Made by a program: the position numbers and the translations under genes. A DNA stretch of 56,621 bases, the filler included, from Catajapyx aquilonaris (lineage: Eukaryota): assembly GCA_000934665.2 (NCBI GenBank). It is 2 parts of 2 records of this genome, joined end to end, with 100 filler letters (N's around TTAATTAATTAA, not from the genome) between each part and the next. Parts side by side here need not be neighbours in the genome. Positions count along the whole stretch, not along the records: positions 1 to 28,260 come from JYFJ02004941.1; positions 28,361 to 56,621 come from KZ539253.1. One strand, 5' to 3'. The notes beneath the pieces were generated by a model. It searched no databases and had not been told where the DNA came from. It saw only the letters and a program-made list of their open reading frames with translations. How positions within the stretch are numbered: the stretch's first letter is position 1; every line of letters begins with the position of its first letter. Positions 23,992-36,000 of the stretch are shown here, piece after piece.

Positions 23992-24671
23992 GGTACAGTG
24001 TTGGGACATAAATCGAGGCATACTGCTAGCGACATTTTCCAAAGCGGCAGAGGAACGAACCGAAGCAATGCAATGGGTGAGACAGGAGTGACATGCGTGC
24101 GAGCAAGAAGTGGTGGGCTGTGCAAATAGTGTAGGGGTGGGTTGGCATTTTTTATTGTGCAGGAATAATCGTATGGGGCAAGTTGTAAAGGCAAGTCGTA
24201 TGGCGCAGTGCAACAGTAGGACTACCGTATTTCTGGTGACAACGACTCTACACGAGACTTTGAAGGTGATTAGAAACGGACCGTTTTAAATGTGTCGTGA
24301 GGAACAAAGGCTGTTTCTTCCCCGTCATGAGGCGATTCAGCAATAAAAATGCCAAATTATATGAATAAGTTATGCTTATATGCACTTCAAGAACACTGAA
24401 CCCCATTATCTCGATAAGACACATCGTATATAGTCACACGCACAATGTGTCTGAATTACTGGCTCAAAATAATGAGAAAAAGGCAATGCCATTAACCTTT
24501 CTAAGTGTTTTGAACAATTGCTCCAGTCTGAGAGGTCAGGCACAGCCCACCCCTTCTTGCTCGCAAGCATCTCACTCATGTCTCACTCATTGCATTGTTT
24601 CGGTTCGTTCTTCTGCCGCTTCGGAAAATGTCGCTAGCAGTATGCCTCGATTTATGTCCAACACTGTACCA
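23992..24671. repeat. ~130-bp inverted repeat pair (23992-24123 / 24540-24671), probable MITE remnant
   Basis: ggtacagtgttgggacataaatcgaggcatactgctagcgac... is mirrored by ...gtcgctagcagtatgcctcgatttatgtccaacactgtacc. Confidence 0.82.
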
Positions 24672-24822
24672 CAAGTAGGCTGTGCTTGATATTCTTCTTT
24701 TTAGCACAGTGGGATATCTGCAATGTTTCATGCAGTAATCAACATTCTGCGTTCATGTAGCAACCATGTCATAAAGGTCCGACTTCATCACTAGCGTATG
24801 CAATATGGTATATAATTCACAA

Positions 24823-24995
24823 TGGGTGGAGATGGTCTAATGGTTATCGCCACAGCCTTCCACCTCTGAGGTCCCGAGTTCGATCTCCGGATCAGACAGA
24901 GGATGCTTATGTGGAAAGAGTTTGGTTGGGTTCTCTCCGTGTTCGTGTGAGTTTTCTCGGGGGTCTCCCATTTCTTCCCACAATCAAAACCCATC
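24823..24995 (+). mobile_element. tRNA-derived SINE with a V-SINE-like central domain
   Basis: A box tggtctaatgg, B box gagttcgatc, then gttctctccgtgttcgtgtgagttttctcgggggtctcccatttcttcccacaatc resembling the recalled V-domain consensus. Confidence 0.7.
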
Positions 24996-25599
24996 AGAGT
25001 GCAGGCAAATGATTAAAGTCTGGTATTTAAAAGAATAAGATGAGTGTACAGTGGGCTGAACAAATTATTATCGATGTCATTTTGTGTTATACATATGGCT
25101 CAAAAATATATTAGAACTTCCCAACCCCCGTGATTGTGATTTTGGTACCCCTTCAAAGAAATATTAATATCTTGATAACTAAATTTAATCTGGTAAAACT
25201 GATTGCTCCATAATAGTTCAATTGGATGTGGGTTTCACATATTTTTTTCTTCAGAAAAATCGGTGACTATCACCTGACACCTTTTTTCACTCACTGGCTG
25301 ATCTGAAACGGAACCACCCTTCTGTAATTCTGCTTCCAACATGAACGACATGAGATTTGGCGCCTGGTGTAATTTGGACATGTATGCATTTCTTCAAATG
25401 CAATTATTTTCCTTAAATCAAAAAACTCCTACTTGGATATTTTTCCATGTCAAGGAAAGGGTCTGAGCTATAACATGATATAAAAATCGGATTTTTAAAT
25501 TGGGAGGAATTTTTCAAAAGAAATTTTGAAATTTTGAAAATATGACAAAATTGTCAAATGGTATTATTTTTGTAAGACGTAATTAAAGCGATGCGCTGA

Positions 25600-25892
25600 T
25601 TTTCGTCATGATCTGACAACCCAAGGGTCAGGGGGCTCGGTGAATTGACATGGAATGACCCATGTTAATGACCAAAATGTTCAACCTGGTGCAATGCTTA
25701 CGTAGATTTCATGGAATTTCCCCCCTAAAATTTTCCTACTTAGCTTTGTTTTTCTCTTCTCTTTTTTATTTATTTTGATTCCCTTTTCCTGGACTTTCTC
25801 ATCACGCCTAAAAACATTCTGGTACCCAGGAGTTGGGAACAGAATAAACATTTCGTCCATGTAGAGTCGTACCATTCTTTATGAACGGCACT
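25600..25892. repeat. Shorter paralogue of the 2083-3330 composite repeat
   Basis: Shares both end blocks with 2083-3330; lacks the mariner MITE and ~530 bp of the interior. Confidence 0.82.
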
Positions 25893-26014
25893 GGACATAT
25901 CGCGCGAAAAGATGCGAGACGATTTTTCATTGAAACCAAATGCAAAATTGAATTCATATTTTTCAGAGATATATAGTATACACTGTACTATACTGTACAT
26001 GTAGGCCCTACCTA

Positions 26015-26945
26015 CACTACTAGTCAAAAGTTTAGCATCACCCTCAAGCAGATGTTTTTTATTTTCCAAGCTTACAGTATAAATTGAAAGTGTGAGGCAC
26101 CGTTGAAAGTGTTGTGAATAACGCTACAAACCAAAAAAGGACCGGTCATTCTAAGTTCAACAGAGGCGCAGGTATTACCTATTTTGTTTAAAAAAAAATC
26201 TCGAAAACCTACATTTTCAACTACAAATATTAATTAATAAAGGTAATCATCACGAATTGATGCTTTATTATTTTTATTTGTGGCAATAAGTAAACACCAA
26301 ACACGAAAAAAATTACCACAAAAACATTTAGAAACATTCACTCGAATTGCAATTTTTAAAATTTTTGGCATTTCTTCTTATATGCACCGAACGATTGACG
26401 TATCGTCAACAGCGCATAACTTACGAACCGATACTGCTACAGAGATACGGTTTAGACTGACTGCTTTGTTAAGGTTTTTCAAATCGGCTGGTCCAAACCT
26501 CATTTCTGTATGGGTATCGGTTCTCAAGTTATGCGCTGTTGACGATATGTCAATTTATTGTTGGGTGCATGTAGAAGAAATGCCGAAAATTTAACAAAAT
26601 TACAGTTCGAGTGAATATTTTTAAATATTTTTGTGGTAATTTTTTTCGTGTTTGGTGTTTACTTATTGCCACAAATCAAAATAATAAAGCATCAATTCGT
26701 GATGATTACCTTTATTTATTAATATTTATAGTTGAAAATGTATGTTTTCGAGAAAAAAATCTTTCAACAAAATAGGTAATATCTGCACCTCTGTTGAACC
26801 TACAATGATCGTTCCTTTTTTGGTTTGTAGCGTTATTCACAACACTTTCAACGGTGCCTCACACTTTCAATTTGTACTGTAAGTTTAAGCTTGAGAAATA
26901 AACAACATCTCCTTGAGGGTGATGCTAAACTTTTGACCGGTAATG
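26015..26945. mobile_element. Tc1-like palindromic MITE (~930 bp, almost entirely inverted repeat)
   Basis: TA|CACTACTAGTCAAAAGTTTAGCATCACCCTCAAG ... CTTGAGGGTGATGCTAAACTTTTGACCGGTAATG|TA; arms pair for more than 400 bp. Confidence 0.92.
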
Positions 26946-27061
26946 TAGCTATCTAAAACACACATACAAAGTGACAAATTGTCACGGGCTCTGCTGTCAA
27001 ATTTTTTCTAAAAAGGGGCTGCACAAGACAAATAGTTTGGGAACCACTGCTCTATACTTAC

Positions 27062-27317
27062 CAATAGGTGTTCAAATTTCTCCACATGATGAGAAAGAAT
27101 AACTTGTGCAATCAGCAGAAAGTGGGGGACTTTCACCAAATGGTAGATCTCCTCATTATCTACAACAAGAGCCTGCATGGCTCTATTTCTTATATCTCCC
27201 TGATGAGTTGCATCATGTAAAAAGCATGTCAGGTCTTCTGAGAGTTCAGGCCCTGTCCAGTTTGCCTGCACAAACAAGTGCAGGGCACAGATTCCGCATG
27301 CCAGGACTGGAAGTTGC
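27062..27317 (-). CDS. TTC27: TTC27-like TPR protein, first identifiable coding exon (upstream exon(s) not found)
   Basis: Acceptor ttctttcag and donor gtaagt. Translates QLPVLACGICALHLFVQANWTGP...FEHLL; LFVQxNWTGP is the recalled TTC27/Emw1 N-terminal motif. Starts in phase 2, so an upstream exon is required. Confidence 0.9.
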
Positions 27318-28074
27318 CTGAAAGAAAGTTGAAATTAGTGTCACATCAAAATTCTTGGTATGCAACTTACAAAGAAATGTGCTACCCTTCGGCCCACTTT
27401 GAGCATGCTACTATACTGCTCACAGCCTAACTTCTCAAAAAGATAGGCATGTCCTAAATATGTATTTCGACCTCTGTGTTTAAGCCCTACATGGTAGGGT
27501 TTCAAACCTGGTGCTTCTTTTGATCCCCCTGTACCCACCATTCCTTAATGAGAATGGGGAACTAGCCTTCATTTTGGAAACTACATAATAAATTCGCCCA
27601 TATTTTGTGGATTTTTTTGGCATATTCCGTTTTAAGATATCAGTTCCCGTTCCGGAGTAATTGGGGTTTTTATGTAGGGAAATGTTGACGTCACGCGAAG
27701 TGAAATGAACGCAAAAATGGTGTTATAGAACGCGCCCCGTCATTGTTGTAAAATGCTTCGCTGTGGTTAGCAACCGTCCCATTCCGTGAGCAAGATAGCG
27801 GCCGGGGCGCGTTTTTACTTCACGCCGCTCAATCAGCTCAGGGGCTGGCAGGGGTGCCAACTGGCAGGAATCATCTGTCACGCGAATTCGGCACATGAAG
27901 GCCCCCCTTCTCCACCTCGATGGCCTACAGCCGCCTTGCGAATGCTTTCCGTCGTGTTCCGTCGTTTTGGGTTTTTTTTGTTTAATGAAACGCATGCCGG
28001 CGCGCAATGATAATCACATGTACAAACTGAGACGGTCCTATCCGCGACCGACGTTAGGTCAGCGATTTTAAACA

Positions 28075-28188
28075 CATTTTCCCTGACCCACTTTCAAATT
28101 CACTGACTTTTCACTGATTTCCCTGACCATTTTTTTATTCCCTGACTTTTCAAGGATTTCAAGGATTTCAAGGTCTGTGGCAACCCTG
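28075..28188. mobile_element. Right end of a hAT-like element
   Basis: Subterminal TTCCCTGAC repeats ending GTGGCAACCCTG; partner end not located. Confidence 0.55.
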
Positions 28189-28260
28189 CCAGATGCTAAA
28201 GCCTGAGGAGGGTAGATTAGGAACTGGGTCTTTCCTCTCTCTCTCTCTCTCTCTCTCTCT

Positions 28261-28340
28261 NNNNNNNNNNNNNNNNNNNNNNNNNNNNNNNNNNNNNNNN
28301 NNNNTTAATTAATTAANNNNNNNNNNNNNNNNNNNNNNNN
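28261..28340. other. Assembly gap containing an artificial-looking TTAATTAATTAA linker
   Basis: N-run with TTAATTAATTAA at 28305-28316, preceded by a (CT)n microsatellite. Confidence 0.9.
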
Positions 28341-29746
28341 NNNNNNNNNNNNNNNNNNNNCAAAATGGGGAGGACTTACTTACTTACTTACGCAGTTATA
28401 CGCAATGAAGTTCGTATCTCCTGAACAAATTGAGATATCATCATTCTGTAAATGGCAGGTTTATCTCTGATTTTGATTATGACGCACTGCCCCCATCGCA
28501 GCAGAAATATAATTGCATGCAGGAATTGGATGGGGGGGATGCACTTACCCCGGGTGCCGGGGGAAGTGCACACCTCATGCATTGTTCCGCATGATTGTTG
28601 CTGCCTTGGAAGCACTTCGTTATGAACCATTCTCCTTCTAACAGTGTCTTAGTAATGGACAGGAGTAACTGCAGGCAAATTTTCATTCAGATACAAGGAA
28701 CAGGTGGGATACGATAGATGATTTAAAGTGATCTATTACAAAACAGGGGTGCACTTCCCCCACTTTACCTTACTTCATAATTAAATCAGCCTGAAAGTTG
28801 GCCGGCAGTAATTTAATTTCGAGTTGTTACGGCGATCTTTTTTGGAAATTAATTTGGCGAATTCTAGATGTGGAAATTTGTTCCAAACATATTCATAGTG
28901 TACAACATGAATGTGTAAGTATAGCTGTTATTATTTGTAAAATATCTTGTCCGTATCTTCAGAGTATGTGCAAGGTGAACAGAAGCGAATCTCATCGCCT
29001 AGATCTGGTACCGAAGGGGTTAATGAAGTAGGCAGCCAGCTAGAAGGCAAGAGATGCCATCACAACCCAAACAAGGGTGTGACATAATTGGTGGATATGT
29101 TAGCACAAGCCTAACTAGTAAGACTGGAATTCATGTACTGGCACAAAATGTGAAGGTCAAAGTATACTTACATAATCCATAGTTAATTCCACACACCTTG
29201 AAATGTGACTGATAATAATTAAAAGTCCCACATTTCTCTTGCAACATGCACAACCTTTGTTGACATGTACACTGGTTATCTCTGCTTGTGCAGTATTTTA
29301 TCACTCTACCTTATCAATTTGTTTTGTACACAGGAACCCTTTCCTGCTGATTTTGTACTTTGTACTAATCATGTCGGCACCAACTTTTCCATCTACACAG
29401 ACATGTACGCCTATGTTGTTAAACAACGAGTGTCTTGCCATAACACATCCCTACATTTTCCAATGGTTTTGGTTTGTAAAATTACCTATTACCCAGATGA
29501 CTATATAGCTATCTGAATATAATGTGGCTAAGCCGCATTAGGGGGTCACTGAGTGCAATTAATGCACATTACCAGAAACTAATTACTTCTGTAGTATTTC
29601 TTCAACTGACACTATTATTTTGCAATTGCATACATCATTACAACAAGTTACTCAATTAAAAATTATTGGTGATCAAACTTATTAATTTATTGACCCTTCA
29701 TATTTTATGTTTTACACATTGTAACTTCAGCAATTTTGATGCAGAT

Positions 29747-30258
29747 ATAGGATGGTAATGAAAAGGATGACAAGAATACATACAGACACACAAACACTCG
29801 AGCAATGTACACAGTATGTAACAGCATAGTAGCCCCCCGTATTCGTCTGCTCATTTTACGTGGTTTGAGAATATTAAATGTACGTACAGCCGTACAGGGT
29901 GTCTAAACTTTTTTGTCCGAACAGTTATCGGAAATATTGCACTATAAGCTGCTACTTTGTAAGCAGTGACTGGCAACTGGTTTGTCGGAGGAATGGGGAA
30001 TATTCCCTGCGAATCTTAGGTTGATATGGCATACACTGCTTACAAAGTAGCAGTTAGGCACAATATTTCCGATAATTGTTCGGACAAAAAAGTTAAGACA
30101 CCCTGTATATTTAATATTTATACATTTAATATTCTCAAACCACATAAAATGAGCAGATCAATAACCGGGGGGCTACTGTACTGTTACATACTGTGTACAT
30201 TGCACGAGTGTTTGTGTGTCTGTATGTATTCATGTCATCCTTTTCATTATCATCCTAT
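29747..30258. mobile_element. Outer palindromic element with a central mariner-type MITE (29895-30105)
   Basis: Outer ~135-bp arms ataggatg...aatattaaatgta / tacatttaatatt...catcctat; inner TA|CAGGGTGTC...GACACCCTG|TA. Confidence 0.85.
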
Positions 30259-30386
30259 CCATTATATCCTTTGCGTGGCCTGACCAGTCACCAGATGATT
30301 CGTTATACTGGTCATACGAGATGGCCAGGTGGATTGTACCTGGTCATTGCTGGTAACCCCATCTTGATGGGAATATGCCATGAGTG

Positions 30387-30452
30387 GAATGAATGAATGA
30401 ATGAATGAATGAATGAATGAATGAATGAATGAATGAATGAATGAATGAATGA
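30387..30452 (+). repeat. (GAAT)n microsatellite flanked by duplicated TGATGGGAATATGCC
   Basis: Read directly from the sequence. Confidence 0.95.
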
Positions 30453-31020
30453 TGGGAATATGCCGTGAATGAATATGGGAATGAGTGAAATAAGTGAAAT
30501 GAATGAATGAGAATATTTTAAAATATTAATAAGATGTTAACTTTAATACATCCGACATACATTTTGATTGTTGTATAGTTCTGTGTTGTTATAACTACTC
30601 TATTTTATTGCTAATTGTGTTCATGTCATAGCTATGCGTGTTAAAAAAACATGTTTTATAGGGTTCAGTATTATCTGCAAGGGAGGATCTTGGAACCAAC
30701 TCTCTGTGGACAACTTGGGCTTGAACAGCCCCCTGCAACTCCACAATATGGTAGTGTAATTAGAGAGTCCCAGCCAGCCTGGAATTTCCTGCCCACAGGC
30801 ATCTTACGATTCGGGCTGATGCCTGAACCAACCTGAACCTTCCTTTCCCCACCAGCTTGGTCCGGAGGGCATTCACAGATCACCAGTCAGCCACCCAAAT
30901 CGCAATATGCCTGTGGGGCTGCGCCAGCGCCAAATTCCAGGCTGGTGGTAACTTTTATATTACACTACCATCACCATAGGCCTAGGTTGGGAGTTGCGGC
31001 AGGCTGGGGTTGGCCATACT

Positions 31021-31993
31021 GAGGCTGGGGGTCACTTTCACAACGTTGCCATATCTATCAGGTGCAGCATATTATGGTACCTTTAGGACTTTGTATTCGG
31101 TGACAAAAATATGAAACTGAATACACTAGTTCTTTGGACACTTCTGAGCATATTTGGACGTGGGGTCACGCTCGGTGACCCCACCGCAGGTCACTTTCGC
31201 AGGGTTTCCTAATCCAATTGATGCAACGCAGACCTTTACATGAATAAAGACCTTGCATTCGGTGATAAAAACTTGAAATTCGCAACAATTGGTCATTGGA
31301 CACTTATGAACATGTCTGGAAGTGAGGCCACGATGGATAACTCCGCTGACGGGGTTGCCATATCTAACAGGCGCAACATGCGTTTCTATTTGAATAAGGA
31401 GCTTCGATTCGGTGATACAGACGTAAATCTCGGTGCACTAGTTCTTTGGACACTTCTGAACAAATCTGGACGTGGGACCACGATCACCGACCCAGCTGAT
31501 AATCACTTTCGCAGGATTACCATATTTAAAAAACTATGAAACACGCATTTATATTTGAATAGGGAGCTCCAGCGGGGTCAGCCATCATGGCCCCATGTCC
31601 AGCTATGTTTAGAAGGCTCCAAAGATCTAGTGTACCGAGTTTCATGCCTTTATCACCGAATGCAAGCTCACTATCCAAATAAAAACGCATGTTTACAGTC
31701 TGTTAGTATGGCAATCCTACGATAGAGACCCCTGGCAGTGTCGGACATCGTGGCCCCAAGTCCAGATATGTTCATATATGTCCAAAGAACTCATGTACCG
31801 AGTTTCACGTCTTTATCACCGAATGCAAGGTCCTTATTCATGGAAAGGTGTGCTGCACTAGTTCAATTTGGCAACCCTGCGAAAGTGACCTCCAGCTGGG
31901 TCACCCAGTTTGGCCCCACGTCCAAATATGCTCATTAAGTGTCCAAAGAACAAGAGTACCAAGTTTCACACTTTTATCACATAATGCAAAGTT
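31021..31993. repeat. Foldback-like array: three direct ~155-bp units followed by three inverted units
   Basis: ttcggtga(c/t)a...ttggacactt...tgga at ~31097, 31258, 31408; reverse-complement copies at ~31595-31665, 31755-31830, 31915-31990. Confidence 0.82.
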
Positions 31994-32624
31994 TGGGCCA
32001 AATTTTTCCCTTAGCACATGGCATATTCGCCCTTTCTCCTTACACTTTTTTTGGATACTCGCTGGAACCACTCTCCCGTACAAGCACATTGTTCCACCTG
32101 TGACACATCTGCCGTTTCACCAAAACATGTGGTAGGTGATGTCAACTTAATATATGCATTTTCACAATTTTGTGAAAAATTATCTATTCGCCCTTTCTCC
32201 TTAATGCCGACGATATGAGAAGCATGCATTGCTGGGTAAGATTTGTTGCAGAATCATACAAGTCAGCTACTTCTAAATTGATGCCAAGGTACTGCAGCAG
32301 CCAAACTGACGAAGATGTTTCATCTGCAGGGTTCCAAATGACTTAACTACAAAACCATCAGTGTCTCTGCTCCAATGCCAATATATGATAATGCCAAATG
32401 GTTCCCTTAGCTCTTAATATGTTGCAGTCGAGATGTAACCAGTTTACTAGTGAACTTGTTGGACCCCTTGAACATTGCCTGCACCAATTTGGTCAATTGT
32501 ACAGGCCAGGCTTTTAAAAACAGTATGGCATTGAACATGTCAAGATAGAGACAGTCCCTGAGGTTGCTTTGGACAGTACGAGTAACTGTTCGTTTCAAAT
32601 TTTTTCTTTGAGCATGTTCCATCA

Positions 32625-33068
32625 TCACACCCTACCAACAGCAGATAACGTACCAACAAATCCATCTGCAGCTGATTCCTCACTTGCAGACAGTGAAAAT
32701 GACGATGACGACGAGGCTGTCTCCCTCAACCGCACGTGGTCACACATCCCATTACAGTGGGACTTGCGACAACCACCCTTCCATCTCAGCCTTCGTCCAA
32801 TGCTTTTGAGCAATCCTGGTGGCTTGGCCCTAAACAGCAGCAAGTCAGGCAACGTCCTGCTCCGTTGTGGCTTCCCTCCATTTTCCCCGTCCCTCTTCTC
32901 ATCCTCTCCAATGCTTGCACGCCCCCAGGCTCTACCCGCAATCGCCTCCTTAATGTAGCTCAGACTCAGCTTACGGAAGGGCCTGGGTGCCGCCCCACAG
33001 TTGGGCTGGTTCACAGCCATCGTAGTCTCGGGCAGTTCCAGGTCGTGCTCACCGTGAGGGGCGTTCAT
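32625..33068 (-). CDS. Unidentified 147-aa ORF or 5' coding exon of an unknown gene
   Basis: GC-rich ORF with protein-like composition (RKLSL, RSRTLPDL, Ser-rich tail); upstream ATGGCGGAAGTG motif; possible internal donor gtacgt near 32652. Confidence 0.4.
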   Translation of the reverse strand: MNAPHGEHDLELPETTMAVNQPNCGAAPRPFRKLSLSYIKEAIAGRAWGRASIGEDEKRDGENGGKPQRSRTLPDLLLFRAKPPGLLKSIGRRLRWKGGCRKSHCNGMCDHVRLRETASSSSSFSLSASEESAADGFVGTLSAVGRV

Positions 33069-36000
33069 AGTACGTTGGTCGTCTTATTCACTTCCGCCAT
33101 TATCCTTCCAGCGATTCTGTCGCCAGGGTTGCAGATGAAACATTTTTGTGCACTTTAATAATATAAACCACTTATTAGACCCACATACAGTATTAAAATG
33201 TCATTAATAATTATAGAGAGTTATATTTCGTACAGATCAATAATATCTGCTGCATCTGGCACCTGTAAATTTGACTTCGCGACCCGGACTGACCGATGAA
33301 CGCCCATGTAGTTGTTTGTACTTGTACTGTACCTTGTCGAAAGGCTCATTGTGCATAAAAGACTGCCATTTTAGTGAACATGAAAACAAGCTTTGGAATT
33401 TTGTTTCAAAATGTTTATTTGTGTATGAAGTGCATCAACAACTACTCAAGTAAAATAGAATCAAAGTCTAGCAGCCGCTAGCAGCTGATTGCATAGCCAA
33501 AAAATAACAGAGTATGCAACACTGCTGGTTCATTTTGACATCCACTTATAGTTGCATGTAAAGGGGTGATTTGAGTTCATGATTTGAAAGCCGTTTTCCC
33601 AGGTACAAACTACGAAACCTATGTAAACTGAGTGCATTTGACTCTTTGGGAGTGTTCGAATTTGCACTTTTTTTCTAACAGGAAAAATAAATTGTGATGT
33701 ATACAGTACCAGTAGTGTGCAGTAGTGTAATGATATCAAGGCCTGCACAAAAGCCTTAGCATTATACATTCTACAAGCAGACGAGCTTACACCAGAATAA
33801 AAGAATGCAAAATAGATAGGCGCTTGCTACCCCTGCACTGGAATAATTGAATGCAATGCTTACAGTGGTGTACATAATTATTATCTGGGCTACATTGGCT
33901 GATATAGTGATTGACAAATATGGGGTCAGTTATAACATCAGCAATTATGCATAAATAAAAGTATTATTGCGCATGAATCCCACATTGGGACTGTACTGTG
34001 CAGGAGAAGATGTGTTAGGTCATCTGGATATTTCATATCCCAGCTGATTGCACAGTACCTAACGTGCATTGTCAATAGTCTGTATTTCACACTTGTTTTG
34101 TTTACTGAACACCTGATAACTGAAATATACAGTGTAAGGAGGCCTGAAGGGCTGTAGTCTAGTGGTTATATTATAGAGGTTACAATTTGGGAAGTCCTGC
34201 GCTGGGTTCAAAATCCGTGGGCCAGTCATCCTGTCATTGGGATGGCCATGCATTTTTTCTAGTCAATTCCAAGATGGTAGCCTTTGGGCATGGAGATAAT
34301 TACATCCACGGTCTTATAATAGGTAACTTATTCTTTACCTATCAATTTCCCTCAAAATGTGTCATATTAATTTGTGCTTTTCTTCTCTGCTTCCTTTGTT
34401 GTTTTGCAGTGGCAATAGGCTATTTGGAACCAGAGGATGCTTGTGAGCCTGCCAACCAACTGGAATATTGGCTAGAATATTATACAACTTCATTGATGTG
34501 GATACCAACCACCCAATGACTGTCAAATAATGAGTAGCATTTTTTAAAATGCCAGGGGTGAGCTGGGCTGGTTGAACTCGGGGGCAAGTTAAGCCTGGTT
34601 AAGCTAATAACAAATAACTATATATCAGGCATTGGGATTTGAGACCTGGCTTTCTGTCAACAAAACTGTTTCTGTCATCTGTATTTGCTGCTCGTCTATA
34701 CAAGTACAACCAATCACTTTGTAATGGGGCATTTGGGAACAGCCTTTCACAGGGAAATAGGTGTAAAAATTACACGCTTATGGCAGGCATAACAGGTAGC
34801 ATGGACTACGCAATAACGTCTTTATCTTGCCCACGGCTGCCATATGGTGTAACCTGGCTGTGAGAAGTCATGGTTTGGGAGGACAAATCATTTTCCCATA
34901 AACAAAAAATATTAATACAAAATAACACAAGTTTTACAGATATTTAATCAGACCATCTCGACTTTACATTTTCTTTCGTCAATGTGACATGGGCTACTGG
35001 TATGTCATCACAAAATGCAATTGGCATACCCACAACTTTATCATAAGGGTGTATTAAATTGCACCACACGCAAATTCCTCGAAAGTAAAGTTCCTATTAA
35101 TTTTCCAAGGACAATAATATTCATGATGTTGTTGCAAAGCACCAGTACCTTATATTATACCACAAGAAGTCACGCACATATTGCCTTACTAGTTTCTGAA
35201 ATATCTAGGAAAAAACCATAACGCAATCATAGTCTATGATGCGGATCAGCTGAGCTTCCACTAACATGGCCGCCGAACCCATCAACACAACAGCTGCTGA
35301 ACCTGTGATTATAATATAGTTGTGTATATAATGGTATATTGGGCACAGCGCCACTTTATCTGGAGGGGAAGGGATCGCCTGTGGTGTGAGGCATGGCGCC
35401 ACTGTGCAATGGGTTCGCTTCCCGTCCTGCCATCTGGAACCTTCCTCTGAATTGATCCGCTGTCCGAAGTAGGAGTCCACGGTCGTGTAGGAGTCCAAGT
35501 AATCCAAGATGGTGGACGGGTGTTAGTGGGTCGAGTGCGACTCTGCGGGAGTGCGGAGGGAGGCTGTGGGGGCCGAGTGGGCCGTGGGCTCTCCTCCACC
35601 CCGTGCACCGCCCCGTACAACGAAGGAATGGTGGCATGGGAGCCCAGCAAGGCAAGGAGCAACGGGGTCCAGGGGGGGCATTGCAGCCGGCCTCCTTCCT
35701 GTCCGCGCCGTCTACGGGGCCCGCCGGTGCCACTGGCTCCCAGCCCTCGGCCGTCGGGCCCAGGAGCCAGAGATCCAGACCTAGGCCCTCCAACACCATC
35801 CTGGCCATTGGAGCCGGACCTGCTAGGGATCAAAGAATCCACGGTTCAAATGTGTTCACCGAGCACAATGGTGAGTGAATGTTCACCTGTACTGACAGGG
35901 TAGTGTTGTGTAGGATGTGAAGGTTGACGACATCGTTTAGCAAAGATGGTCAGTGCAGGCCCCACAGTGACAACGTGGAGCTGACAGATTTTGTGTGCAA

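Noticed and set aside
28477..28686. LLSITKTLLEGEW as a candidate TTC27 N-terminal exon
   Set aside because: Similarity is weak and the segment lies in TE-like sequence ending in a piggyBac-style GGG|TTAA at ~29019.
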